Assembly (NCBI GenBank): GCA_963650525.1
Contig: CAVJLP010000002.1
Coordinates: 3,816 to 67,815 of the forward strand
DNA length: 64,000 nucleotides
Origin: Firmicutes bacterium CAG:534
Lineage (GTDB): Bacteria; Pseudomonadota; Gammaproteobacteria; Enterobacterales; Succinivibrionaceae
Reading direction: 5' to 3'
Each line of letters opens with the position of its first letter. The first letter of the stretch is position 1. Below, piece by piece: positions 48,757 through 58,591 of the stretch. Both the position numbers and the translations under genes were made by a program. Under the pieces are notes generated by a model, which saw nothing but the letters and a program-made list of their open reading frames with translations, had not been told where the DNA came from and did not search any database.

Positions 48757-50091
48757 ATGGAACTTAAGCTTCATACCTACGATGATGCCCCTGAAGGCTT
48801 AATTGAGGCACAACTGTGCCTAGGCAAGGCTCCTGCACCCTATGATGAATCAGCAAATTTTGTTGCCATATCAAGAAGCTGTGTGCAAATCTATGTGCCA
48901 TCGGATGCAGAATTTCCATTTATGCGCTGTGGCCGTATTTTGGCATCTCATGGCATTTTTAAGGTAAAGCTTATTTATGGCGGTGAGTTTGAGCCCTGGG
49001 ACGGACTAAATTTCCTGAATGCTCTTTATAGTGGCGAGGGAAAAACACTTACCGTAGCTTTGCCTCTTAGCCGTTCGGCCCTGCGTACCATTACCTGGAT
49101 GTTTGCCATGGTGGCAACAGCCAGAGGTCTTGCAGATTTAAGCTCTGCTGACTGCTCACCTGAGATCATGATGCAATCTCTAGGTGAGATCTGTAAGAAT
49201 GCCTCAGATCTTACCAAGGGTAAGCTTAACATGGCGGTTTTCTCATCAAAGGATGAGCAGTTTAAGCGTTATAGCGGTCTAAATGCTGTGGGATCCGGTG
49301 CTCATGCAGTGATGGGGGTTATTGAATATATCCCAGAGGGCCTAGATGAAAATCATCAGCCGGATGTTGCACTTGTGGGTAAGGGAATAACCTTTGATTC
49401 AGGTGGTTATAACATCAAGCCTGATAATTTTATGGCGGACATGCGCACTGATAAAACCGCTGCGGTAAATCTTGCTTGTGCGTTGGCTTTGGCTGTGGGA
49501 ATGGGACTTAAGCGTCATGTAAGATGCTATCTTGCCTGCGCTCAGAACCTGATCAACAGTAATTCCATGGTCCCAGGGGATATTATCCGCTATCCAAATG
49601 GAGTTGAGGTTGAGGTTGGCAATACCGATGCCGAAGGACGTCTAGTGTTAGCCGATGCGCTGTTGCAGGCAAAGGATGATGGCTGCAAATATATTATTGA
49701 TGCAGCAACCTTAACCGGCAGTGCCAAGGCCGCAGTCGGCCGTGATATGTGCTCTGTCATAACCCGCGATAATAAAATGCCTAAGTCTTTACATGATGCC
49801 TTTGCGTTGACAGGGGAGCTCTACTGGCAGCTTCCGTTCTATAAGTTCCATGAACGCTTTATCAGTTCCCGCCGTGCAACTATTTCAAATTCAGGTCACG
49901 GTGTATCTGTACCCGGAGCATCAACAGCAGCTGCCTTTCTCTCGCATTTCGTAGGAGATGAGCAAAAGTGGGTACATATTGATCTGTCCTCTGCGTATTT
50001 ACCAGAGGGGTCTCCCTTCCTAGCCCCAGGTCCTACCGGAGCAATTGTGATACCTATTGCTATGTGGCTTTTGGGTGAATCTCTAGATTAG
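48757..50091 (+). CDS. pepB: Aminopeptidase B (M17 family)
   Basis: LVGKGITFDSGGYNIK, NTDAEGRLVLAD, IDAATLTGSAK, GASTAAAFLSHFV. Collinear with E. coli PepB. Confidence 0.9.
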   Translation: MELKLHTYDDAPEGLIEAQLCLGKAPAPYDESANFVAISRSCVQIYVPSDAEFPFMRCGRILASHGIFKVKLIYGGEFEPWDGLNFLNALYSGEGKTLTVALPLSRSALRTITWMFAMVATARGLADLSSADCSPEIMMQSLGEICKNASDLTKGKLNMAVFSSKDEQFKRYSGLNAVGSGAHAVMGVIEYIPEGLDENHQPDVALVGKGITFDSGGYNIKPDNFMADMRTDKTAAVNLACALALAVGMGLKRHVRCYLACAQNLINSNSMVPGDIIRYPNGVEVEVGNTDAEGRLVLADALLQAKDDGCKYIIDAATLTGSAKAAVGRDMCSVITRDNKMPKSLHDAFALTGELYWQLPFYKFHERFISSRRATISNSGHGVSVPGASTAAAFLSHFVGDEQKWVHIDLSSAYLPEGSPFLAPGPTGAIVIPIAMWLLGESLD

Positions 50092-50124
50092 ATCTAGCAA
50101 AAAGTCAGCAAGGACGGATGTTTT

Positions 50125-50865
50125 ATGCAAACTCAATTTAAAAACATTGTGGTGTTAACTGGTGCTGGCATTTCGGCAGAATCCGGTATTCCCGTGTTTC
50201 GCTCGGAGACTGGGTTGTGGGAGAGTGAGAGAATTGAGGATGTCTGTGTTCCATCGGCACTTATTCGTAACCCACGTAAGGTGCATGACTTCTACAATAA
50301 GATGCGCCTAGGACTTAAGGATAAAAAGCCAAATCCTGCCCATGAAGCTGTAGCTTTGCTACAAAAGAGATGGCCATCCCTTTGTGGCGGTAGCGTAACC
50401 TTGGTTACTCAGAATATCGATGATCTGCATGAAAAGGCAGGATCTGCTGATGTGATCCATATGCATGGAGAGCTTAAAAGCATGCTCTGTAGCAAATGTC
50501 ATGGCAGATGGCCTAAGACTGACGCCTCTAATCCTGAGGATGTATGTCCTCTGTGTAAGAGTGCGGGAACGACACGTCCTGATATAGTTTTCTTTGAGGA
50601 GATGCCTTATCACATGGATCTCATCGAGAAAAAACTAGCCATCTGTGATCTTTTTTTGGCAATTGGTACCTCAGGTGTAGTGTATCCTGCAGCAGGTTTT
50701 TGCAGCTTTGCCCACAGTGTGGGAGCGCTTTGTGTTGAATTTAACCTAGAGCGTAGTGCTGTAGGCTCCCAGTTTGATTACGGCTTATACGGCAAGGCTT
50801 CAGCAACACTTACAGCCTTTGTTCAGCGTCTGCTTGAAGACGGAACTGCTCTGCGTGAAATTTGA
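50125..50865 (+). CDS. cobB: NAD-dependent protein deacylase (Sir2 family)
   Basis: GAGISAESGIPVFR, TQNIDDLHEKAG, HG, Zn ribbon C..C...C.LC, GTSG.VYPAA. Confidence 0.9.
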   Translation: MQTQFKNIVVLTGAGISAESGIPVFRSETGLWESERIEDVCVPSALIRNPRKVHDFYNKMRLGLKDKKPNPAHEAVALLQKRWPSLCGGSVTLVTQNIDDLHEKAGSADVIHMHGELKSMLCSKCHGRWPKTDASNPEDVCPLCKSAGTTRPDIVFFEEMPYHMDLIEKKLAICDLFLAIGTSGVVYPAAGFCSFAHSVGALCVEFNLERSAVGSQFDYGLYGKASATLTAFVQRLLEDGTALREI

Positions 50866-50929
50866 TGCATTGACTAAGCTGTGCACGGTATAATAAGCGT
50901 TTGACCTTGAAATATTAAATGGAGCTCTC

Positions 50930-52024
50930 TTGGATAATAAAATCAACCTGATGGATCTCTCTATTGAGGAGATGAAGGAGTTTTTTGTCTCACTAGGTGA
51001 GAAGCCTTTTCGTGCCCAGCAATTACTGCGTTGGATCTATCAGTTCGGAGTAAGTAACTTCGATGAGATGACTAATATCAAGAAGGATCTGCGTGCTAAG
51101 CTCAAGGAGCAGTGTGAGATCAGGGCCCCAGAAATTGTGACTGAGCAACGTTCTGTTGACGGAACCATCAAATGGGCCTTGGATATCGGTGCAGGTCAGT
51201 TAGTTGAGACGGTGCTTATTCCTGAGGAGGATAGAAACACCTTATGTATCTCAACTCAGGTAGGATGTCCTGTAGGCTGTGTATTCTGCCGTACTGGAGC
51301 TTCCGGTTTTAACCGCAATTTGACTGTATCTGAAATTATAGGACAGGTCTGGCGTGCATCAACAGTTGTGGGATTTTCCCAAAATGAAGAGCACAAACCC
51401 ATATCAAATGTAGTGATGATGGGTATGGGTGAGCCTCTTTATAATCTAAAGCCGGTAATGGCAGCCTGTGAAATACTGCTCTCTGATTATGCCTTTGCCT
51501 TATCTAAGCGTCGTGTCACTATCTCAACTTCCGGAGTGGCGCCAGTGCTTGAAAATATCGCAGGCAAGATTGATGTGGCCCTTGCGTTGTCATTGCATGC
51601 ACCTGATGATGAACTACGCAACAGACTTATTCCGCTCAATAAGAAGTACAACATTGCTAAGGTACTTCATGGTGTACGCGAGTATATTGCAAAGTCAAAT
51701 GCCAACTGCGGCAAAGTTACAATTGAGTATGTGCTGCTAGATGGTGTTAATGACGGCATTGAACAGGCCAAAGCTTTGGCAAGATTACTTGCAGATCTTC
51801 CCTGTAAGATCAACCTAATTCCTTTTAATCCCCATGAGTGTTCTGATTTTAAGAAACCCTCTGGTAACCGTGTAGAGCGCTTTGCACGGGAGCTGATGGA
51901 CAGAGGTTTTACCGTGATGAAGCGTAGCACTCGAGGTGATGATATAGCTGCCGCCTGCGGTCAGTTAGCAGGGCAGGTAAAGAATCGCCTCAATAATGAT
52001 GCTATCAAAGCACAACAAGTTTGA
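50930..52024 (+). CDS. rlmN: Dual-specificity RNA methyltransferase RlmN (radical SAM)
   Basis: [30 protein letters not shown], radical-SAM [16 protein letters not shown]-terminal [14 protein letters not shown] start, 6 nt after GGAG. Confidence 0.93.
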   Translation: MDNKINLMDLSIEEMKEFFVSLGEKPFRAQQLLRWIYQFGVSNFDEMTNIKKDLRAKLKEQCEIRAPEIVTEQRSVDGTIKWALDIGAGQLVETVLIPEEDRNTLCISTQVGCPVGCVFCRTGASGFNRNLTVSEIIGQVWRASTVVGFSQNEEHKPISNVVMMGMGEPLYNLKPVMAACEILLSDYAFALSKRRVTISTSGVAPVLENIAGKIDVALALSLHAPDDELRNRLIPLNKKYNIAKVLHGVREYIAKSNANCGKVTIEYVLLDGVNDGIEQAKALARLLADLPCKINLIPFNPHECSDFKKPSGNRVERFARELMDRGFTVMKRSTRGDDIAAACGQLAGQVKNRLNNDAIKAQQV

Positions 52025-52034
52025 CGAGAGATAA

Positions 52035-53630
52035 ATGAGCAAGGACTTAATAAATCAACGTCAGGAGAACGCAACTTTGGCAGATGATCCAAAGCTGGAG
52101 ACAGTAGCAAAGGATGTTGCATTAAATGATGAAGCCAAGAATGATAGCAGTTTGGTTGCTGAGCCTTTTAGTGCCATTGATGATGGTAAGAGTTCAAATG
52201 ACGAGCAGGTAACAGTATTGGGATCTGCAACGGCTACATCAGAGGCTGCAGAAGTTGTGAACACGATGAGCTTTGCTGCAGATGATGAGCATAATTTAAA
52301 TGGTGATGATCCTGACAGAGTTCCAGTAGTACCGGAACTTCCTGATGATCAGGTGCCGAATATGCCTGGTGCCATTTTAAAGCATGCCCGTGAAATGCTC
52401 GGTTTGTCACAGCGTGAGGTGGTCGAACGTTTGAATAAAGAATCACAGCGCTCAAATGAGCCATCTGAGCGTATTGTGATCCGTGTGAACACGATTTCTG
52501 ATATTGAACATGATCGTCTAAACCAACCCACAGCGGTGAGCTTTGTTGTTAAGATAATTAAGCTCTATGCCAATTTAGTAAATATTGATCCCAAGGCACT
52601 TACCGATCTTTATATGCAGAATGTAAGTCAGTCACAAAAAACTGCTGACATCAATGCACAGAGGATCTCAAGAGAACAGCGTCACAGTGGCTCTACGCTT
52701 AAGAAAATAGCTCTGTTAAGTGCAGGTGGTATTGTAATTTTGGGCCTAGGTATTGGCATCGGTGCGATGTTCAGCTCCTCATCTGAGGAGGAGAGTACCA
52801 GTGGTGCCTTAACTCTAAGTCAGAATGTTCAGCAGGATATGGCTCAGAACAATGTTGCAGCCGATCCGTTCCCGCCTGCAGCAGACGATGCTGAAGTGCC
52901 GCTTGATCCTAATACTGAAATGGCCCGTGCTCAGGCTCAAGCACTTGGAACTAACGACATAATTGCCAAAGCTCATAAGACAGAGGTTGAGAAAAATTCA
53001 GAACCTCTTAATACCAACGGTACATTGAGTGTTGATACTCCCTCAAAGCTTAAGCAGGAGGGGGCACCAGCTGACAATAATCTGTCAGCTATGCTGACAG
53101 CACCAGAGGTAAAAACTCACGATGCCGTTGTCGCAAATGCCGAGCATGTAACCGATGGTGGCTTGCCTACAGCAAAGCCTATCAATGCACTTGATGATCG
53201 CAAGGCCGATGAGCGTAAGGCAAATACCACCTTGCAAAATGCCAAGACTAAGCAGTCAGATAAGAGTCAGGCACAAAAGAGTAAGCCTGAAAAGGCAAAG
53301 GAGCCTGAGTCCAAAGATACTCAGGCTACTGCTCTTGCAGCCTCTGTGCGTGATGTGTCAGGCTCAGTACGTATCGTAAATCGTAATGACATTGGCTCAC
53401 TAAATACCGTGACTGTTAAGGTCAAGGGACCTGTTTCATTGCGCATCAAGGGCAATGGCAAGGTTCTTAAGAGTGGTAGCTACAAGGCCGGAGATACCGT
53501 CAGTGCAACTGGCATGCCACCTTTGAGAATTGAGGTGTCTGACAGCTCAAAGATCTCGGTACGCTATAACGGTGGTACTGCCTCAGCACCATCTGGCAAG
53601 AATGTCGGTTTTGATCTGCCTACCCGCTAG
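52035..53630 (+). CDS. rodZ: Cytoskeleton protein RodZ (extended form)
   Basis: XRE-type HTH (LKHAREMLGLSQREVVERL...ISDIEHD), a single TM (IALLSAGGIVILGLGIGIGAMF), a long low-complexity periplasmic linker and a C-terminal DUF4115-type beta domain. Sits in the rlmN-rodZ-ispG order. 531 aa versus 337 in E. coli. Confidence 0.85.
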   Translation: MSKDLINQRQENATLADDPKLETVAKDVALNDEAKNDSSLVAEPFSAIDDGKSSNDEQVTVLGSATATSEAAEVVNTMSFAADDEHNLNGDDPDRVPVVPELPDDQVPNMPGAILKHAREMLGLSQREVVERLNKESQRSNEPSERIVIRVNTISDIEHDRLNQPTAVSFVVKIIKLYANLVNIDPKALTDLYMQNVSQSQKTADINAQRISREQRHSGSTLKKIALLSAGGIVILGLGIGIGAMFSSSSEEESTSGALTLSQNVQQDMAQNNVAADPFPPAADDAEVPLDPNTEMARAQAQALGTNDIIAKAHKTEVEKNSEPLNTNGTLSVDTPSKLKQEGAPADNNLSAMLTAPEVKTHDAVVANAEHVTDGGLPTAKPINALDDRKADERKANTTLQNAKTKQSDKSQAQKSKPEKAKEPESKDTQATALAASVRDVSGSVRIVNRNDIGSLNTVTVKVKGPVSLRIKGNGKVLKSGSYKAGDTVSATGMPPLRIEVSDSSKISVRYNGGTASAPSGKNVGFDLPTR

Positions 53631-53638
53631 GAGTTGAA

Positions 53639-54724
53639 ATGTCTTGGAAAGCACAAAGCATAGAAAGACGTGTATCCCGTCAGATTGATGTAGGCGGCGT
53701 CAAAATCGGTGGTGGTGCACCGATCACTGTTCAGAGTATGACCTCAACTGATACCTTAGACGTTGAGGGGACCTTAGCTCAAATCCGTGCCATGGCAGAT
53801 GCCGGTGCGGATCTAGTCCGTGTAAGTGTACCTACCATGGCTGCAGCCGAGGCCTTTGGCAGGATCTGCAAAGCATCACCAGTGCCTGTCATTGCGGATA
53901 TTCATTTTGATTATCGTATTGCAATTGAATGTGCCAAGCTTGGCGCCGGAGCCTTGCGTATAAATCCTGGCAATATCGGTTCATCTGACAGAATTGAAGC
54001 TGTATGTCAGGCAGCCCGTGATCACGGTTTGCCCATTCGTGTAGGGGTTAATGCAGGCTCCCTTGATCACGATCTCTTAAAAAAATACGGTGAGCCCACA
54101 CCTGATGCTATGGTTGAGGCGGCACTGAGAGCTGCAACCACTTTAGATGATCATGATTTTGAAAATTATGCCTTCTCAGTTAAGGCCTCTGAGCTTAATT
54201 TATGTGTAGAGGCCTATGAAAAGCTTGCCTTGGCCACGGATGCGCCCTTGCATCTTGGAATAACTGAGGCAGGTGGTTTGATGTCTGGAACTGTGCTCTC
54301 AGCAATTGGTATCTCTTCACTCTTAAAACAGGGCATAGGTGATACTTTGCGTGTTTCTTTGGCAGCTGATCCTGTTGAAGAGGTAAAGGTCGGTTGGGCG
54401 ATTTTAAAGAGCATGCATCTTCGATCACGTGGCGTAAATATTACTGCTTGTCCTACCTGCTCACGTCATGGCATTGATGTTGTGGGGATGGTACAGACTC
54501 TTGAGGATAAGCTCTCTGATGTGCGTGCCCCGATCAATATTGCCGTTATGGGCTGTGTGGTAAATGGTCCTGGTGAGGCCTTACATGCCGATGTGGCGGT
54601 ATGCGGTGCTACTAATGGCATGTGCTTAATCTATGAGCATGGGCAGATGATGGGCAAAATTCCTTGTGCTGAGGCTGCCGACAGACTTGAAAGTCGTGTA
54701 CGGGCTCTAGCTTTGAATCAATAA
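53639..54724 (+). CDS. ispG: 4-hydroxy-3-methylbut-2-en-1-yl diphosphate synthase
   Basis: GGGAPITVQSMT, VRVSVP, IADIHFDYR, LRINPGNIG, Fe-S cysteines CPTCSR...GCVVNGPGE. Confidence 0.97.
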   Translation: MSWKAQSIERRVSRQIDVGGVKIGGGAPITVQSMTSTDTLDVEGTLAQIRAMADAGADLVRVSVPTMAAAEAFGRICKASPVPVIADIHFDYRIAIECAKLGAGALRINPGNIGSSDRIEAVCQAARDHGLPIRVGVNAGSLDHDLLKKYGEPTPDAMVEAALRAATTLDDHDFENYAFSVKASELNLCVEAYEKLALATDAPLHLGITEAGGLMSGTVLSAIGISSLLKQGIGDTLRVSLAADPVEEVKVGWAILKSMHLRSRGVNITACPTCSRHGIDVVGMVQTLEDKLSDVRAPINIAVMGCVVNGPGEALHADVAVCGATNGMCLIYEHGQMMGKIPCAEAADRLESRVRALALNQ

Positions 54725-54749
54725 TCTTTAATTTAGTTAGGAATAGAAA

Positions 54750-56030
54750 ATGGCTTTGAACGTTCAAGCCGTGCGTGGCATGAATGATCTGCTTCCTGAG
54801 AATACCTCAGTATGGCAGCAAGTAGAAAAGGTGTTACGTGACACCTTATCCTCCTTTGGCTACAGTGAGGTGCGTATGCCGATTGTTGAGCATACCAATC
54901 TCTTCTGCCGTGCCATAGGTGAGGTAACAGACGTAGTTGAGAAGGAAATGTACACCTTTGAGGACAGATCAGGGGACATGCTTTCCCTGCGTCCTGAAGG
55001 AACTGCAGGTTGCGTACGTTGCGCTCTTGAGCATAATTTAATCTACAACCAAGAGCAGCGCCTGTGGTATATGGGCCCCATGTTCCGTCATGAACGTCCT
55101 CAGAAGGGACGTTATCGTCAGTTCCATCAGACCGGTGTTGAGGTCTTTGGTTTGCAGGGACCTGATATCGATGCAGAACTTATCATTATGACCTATGAGT
55201 TCTGGAAACGCTTTGGAATTGCAGATAAGGTCAAGCTTCAGTTAAACTCCTTAGGATCATCTGAGGAACGTGCCGCCTATCGTGAGTCACTGGTAAAATT
55301 CCTCGAGGCCCACTTTGATGAGCTTGATGAAGATTCTAAGCGCCGCACTCATACTAATCCTCTGCGTGTGCTCGATACTAAGGATGAGCATGTAGGAGAG
55401 CTGTTAAAGAGCGCCCCCAAGCTTGCAGATCATTTTGGGGAGCAGACCCGTGCTCATTTTGATAAGCTCAGAGCCCTGCTTGATGCAGCTGGGATAAGCT
55501 ATGAGATAAATCCCCGTCTGGTACGTGGTCTTGATTATTACAACCTTACAGTATTTGAATGGGTAACTGATGCCCTAGGTGCTCAGGGTACCGTTTGTGG
55601 TGGTGGTCGCTATGACGGCCTGGTAGAGCAGCTAGGTGGTACTAAAACCTATGCCGTAGGCTTTGGCCTTGGTATGGAGCGTCTTATTTTATTGCTTGAA
55701 ACCCTAGGTAAAATTGAACCTAAGAGCAGTGTTGATGTCTATATCCTAGGCTCTGGAACTGATATTGAACTGCATCAGGCAAAAACTGCAGCACTTTTGC
55801 GTGAGGCCCTGCCTGGGGTTAAGATCATGACTCATTGTGGTGGTGGTAGCTTTAAGCGTCAGTTTAAGCGTGCCGATAAGACCGGTGCCCGTGCCGCGGT
55901 TATTTTAGGTGATGATGAAATTGCCCGTGGTAGTGTTACTATTAAGAACCTGCGTGATGCTGATGCCCCTCAAAGTGAGGTTGCATTGAAGGATGCACCA
56001 GCAGTGCTTAAAACTATTCTTAACATATAG
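54750..56030 (+). CDS. hisS: Histidine--tRNA ligase
   Basis: [55 protein letters not shown]. Confidence 0.97.
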   Translation: MALNVQAVRGMNDLLPENTSVWQQVEKVLRDTLSSFGYSEVRMPIVEHTNLFCRAIGEVTDVVEKEMYTFEDRSGDMLSLRPEGTAGCVRCALEHNLIYNQEQRLWYMGPMFRHERPQKGRYRQFHQTGVEVFGLQGPDIDAELIIMTYEFWKRFGIADKVKLQLNSLGSSEERAAYRESLVKFLEAHFDELDEDSKRRTHTNPLRVLDTKDEHVGELLKSAPKLADHFGEQTRAHFDKLRALLDAAGISYEINPRLVRGLDYYNLTVFEWVTDALGAQGTVCGGGRYDGLVEQLGGTKTYAVGFGLGMERLILLLETLGKIEPKSSVDVYILGSGTDIELHQAKTAALLREALPGVKIMTHCGGGSFKRQFKRADKTGARAAVILGDDEIARGSVTIKNLRDADAPQSEVALKDAPAVLKTILNI

Positions 56031-56044
56031 GTGGAAATTAGAAG

Positions 56045-56737
56045 ATGGACGTATTAACCGACGATCATGAGAGAGAGCAAGTAGTACGCAAGTGGTGGCA
56101 TGAGAACTGGAAGCCTATCGCACTTGGTATTGTGATCGCTTTAGGCGGCCTCATTGGTTTTCGCCAGTATCAGGCATATACCCTTGAGAAGGCTCAGCAA
56201 CAGTCCTATGAGCTCTATCAGGTGCAGTATAAGCTTGCAAGCTCTCCTGAAGCAGGAGCTACTGAGGCTAAGAAGTTTCTTGAGGGCCATCAAGATATTT
56301 ACGGAGCCATGCTCGCTTTGGATCTTGCTGCCTATGAATCAAGCAAGAAAGATTTTGAGGCGGCTGCAGAGCATGCCAAATTTGCAGTAAAGAATGGTGG
56401 CAAGCTTATTGCTCCTGCTGGATCCTTAAATCTTGCACGTATTCAGACTCAGCTTAAGCAGTATGACGATGCAATTAAGACTCTAGATGGTGTCAGCTCC
56501 GATGCCTATGCCATAGAGAAGGCTGAGATTAAGGGAGATGTGTTGCTTGCCAAGGGTGATACTGATGGCGCTCATGATGCCTATCAGAATGCAGTAAAGC
56601 TGTCACAGGATAAAAAGGTACAGATCAGTCCGCTACTTGCAATGAAGCTAGATGATGTTGCCAAATCTGGTGATACTCCAGCTTTTGTAACTGCGCGTGA
56701 GCATAATCAAAGTTTGAATAATCAAACTGACAAATGA
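56045..56737 (+). CDS. yfgM: YfgM-like ancillary SecYEG subunit (TM + TPR)
   Basis: N-terminal EQVVRKWWHENWKPIALGIVIALGGLIGF anchor and a TPR-like periplasmic domain. Sits in the hisS-yfgM-bamB order. Confidence 0.8.
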   Translation: MDVLTDDHEREQVVRKWWHENWKPIALGIVIALGGLIGFRQYQAYTLEKAQQQSYELYQVQYKLASSPEAGATEAKKFLEGHQDIYGAMLALDLAAYESSKKDFEAAAEHAKFAVKNGGKLIAPAGSLNLARIQTQLKQYDDAIKTLDGVSSDAYAIEKAEIKGDVLLAKGDTDGAHDAYQNAVKLSQDKKVQISPLLAMKLDDVAKSGDTPAFVTAREHNQSLNNQTDK

Positions 56738-56745
56738 TAGAAATT

Positions 56746-56770
56746 AGGCGGCTTAAGCCGCCTTTTTTTG
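56746..56770 (+). terminator. Rho-independent terminator after yfgM
   Basis: aggcggc ttaa gccgcct followed by a T7 run. Confidence 0.8.
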
Positions 56771-56819
56771 ATAAAGCCTGCGATAATACGGCTATTGAAT
56801 TTTTGATGCGGAGTAAGTA

Positions 56820-58457
56820 ATGTTCAAACGCTCATTGGTTTTGGCCCTGGTTCCTGCAGCTATGCTGTTAGTTAATGCCTGCTCTGGGAACAAGGATCTT
56901 GCAGAGCCTGCTAAGGTGCCAGAGATTTCAAATCGCATTGAAGTGGAGCAGGTCTGGTCACGCTCTGTAGGCGGTACCGACGGACTTTATTCAAAGCTAG
57001 GTCCACAGACTATTGGTTCAACTGTTTATACCGCCTCCCGTCATGGCGATGTATATGCTCTGGATTTGGCTACTGGTGACACTAGATGGTCTATCGATCT
57101 TGAGGATGAGGACGAAAACGACGATAAGGGTACGGCTAAGGTCTCAGGTGCAGTTGCCGTAGGTGGAACTCATGTGGCAGCCGGTACAGAAAATGGCTAT
57201 ATCTATGTGATTAATGCTACCTCTGGCAAACTTGAGTGGAAGGATTACCTCTCAGCTGAGGTGCTTGCAGCTCCCTGCTTTAATACCAGTGCCACCAAGC
57301 TATTTGTTCTAAACTCCCGAGGCATTCTTACTGCTTATGATGCTCTAAGCGGAGAGAAATTATGGCAGGCAGGTGCTGGCTCAAATGGTCTGCGTCTGCG
57401 CACTCAATCTCGTCCTATGGTAGCAGGTGATGATTTCGTACTGATGGGTACAGCTGGTGGTCGCGTTTTGGTACTTGATCAGAATACCGGCGCTACTGCT
57501 AATTCGCTGATGATAGGAAATCCCACCGGTTCAAATGACTTAGACAGGGTAGCTGATGTTTCATCATCTCCACTGCTACTTGATGGCAAGCTCTATTCAA
57601 CTGCCTATAACTCAGGCTTTGTGTGGTATTCGTTCAAGGATCATCAGGCACTAAACCGTCTGTCCTATAAGAGCTCACGTAACATTGCCTTTGATGATGA
57701 GTGCTTTGTGCTAACCTCTGATAACGGCCGTGTCTACTGCATCTCCCGCCAAGATGGTCATGAGATCTGGGAGAACAATGTATTAACCAATCGTAACGTA
57801 TCAGCACCTGCTATCTACGGTAATTATGTAGTGGTTGCCGATCTTGAGGGTTATGTTTATTTCATCTCGCTTGCTGATGGTCGCATCGTTTGGATGGATG
57901 ATACGGATGATACCCCGGTATATACCGATCCGGTTGTAACCAGTAATGGTGTCCTCATTCAGACCTCGGGTGGTCGTTTGGTACTTTTGCGCTATCAGCA
58001 GGGTATAGCATCTGCTAAGCTAAATATTGCCCAGTCAGAGCTTTTGGCAGGTGGTGCAGGTGTCTCTCTTGCAGCCTATGATAATTACGCTTCTGTAGGG
58101 GTTACCCACGAGCAGCTTATGGCTCGTCGTGCTGAGGCTCAGAGAATGGTTAATGCCATGGAGGCCCGTCAGCGTGAGGCACAGGCTCAGATGGCCAGAT
58201 ATCAGCGTGAAAAGGCTGAATATGAGCGCCAGCGAGCAGCCTACTTAAAGGCTCAGGCTGAGGCTGAAAGAAAGCATCGTGAGTCTATTTCAGGCTTTGG
58301 TCTCATGCCAGGGGTTAAGTCTGATTCAGATCCTGAGACCAATAAACAGAGCACTGATAATGAAGCTTTGGAAGATAGTCAGACTGAAAGCTCCAATACA
58401 GAAAGTGATAATTCTAATGCCTCTCAGGAGAAGGCCTCAGGTTATGGAGTTTTCTAA
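56820..58457 (+). CDS. bamB: Outer-membrane protein assembly factor BamB with ~150-aa C-terminal extension
   Basis: Lipobox LVNACSG. PQQ-like beta-propeller repeats (..GDVYALDLATGDTRW, GYIYVINATSGKLEW, LTAYDALSGEKLW, GRVLVLDQNTG, GRVYCISRQDGHEIW, GYVYFISLADGRIVW). 545 aa versus 392 in E. coli. Confidence 0.9.
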   Translation: MFKRSLVLALVPAAMLLVNACSGNKDLAEPAKVPEISNRIEVEQVWSRSVGGTDGLYSKLGPQTIGSTVYTASRHGDVYALDLATGDTRWSIDLEDEDENDDKGTAKVSGAVAVGGTHVAAGTENGYIYVINATSGKLEWKDYLSAEVLAAPCFNTSATKLFVLNSRGILTAYDALSGEKLWQAGAGSNGLRLRTQSRPMVAGDDFVLMGTAGGRVLVLDQNTGATANSLMIGNPTGSNDLDRVADVSSSPLLLDGKLYSTAYNSGFVWYSFKDHQALNRLSYKSSRNIAFDDECFVLTSDNGRVYCISRQDGHEIWENNVLTNRNVSAPAIYGNYVVVADLEGYVYFISLADGRIVWMDDTDDTPVYTDPVVTSNGVLIQTSGGRLVLLRYQQGIASAKLNIAQSELLAGGAGVSLAAYDNYASVGVTHEQLMARRAEAQRMVNAMEARQREAQAQMARYQREKAEYERQRAAYLKAQAEAERKHRESISGFGLMPGVKSDSDPETNKQSTDNEALEDSQTESSNTESDNSNASQEKASGYGVF

Positions 58458-58482
58458 AAAATAGCTTATTTATGCGAGTTAA

Positions 58483-58506
58483 AGGCGGCTTAGGCCGCCT
58501 TTTTTA
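58483..58506 (+). terminator. Rho-independent terminator after bamB
   Basis: aggcggc ttag gccgcct followed by a T6 run. Near-identical to the yfgM terminator. Confidence 0.8.
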
Positions 58507-58591
58507 GTATTTTTGTGGTAAAATCACGCCGCTTTAAGAATTATCACTTAACACCCTTCACACGACACGAATTTTTCCCAGGATTTAATAG

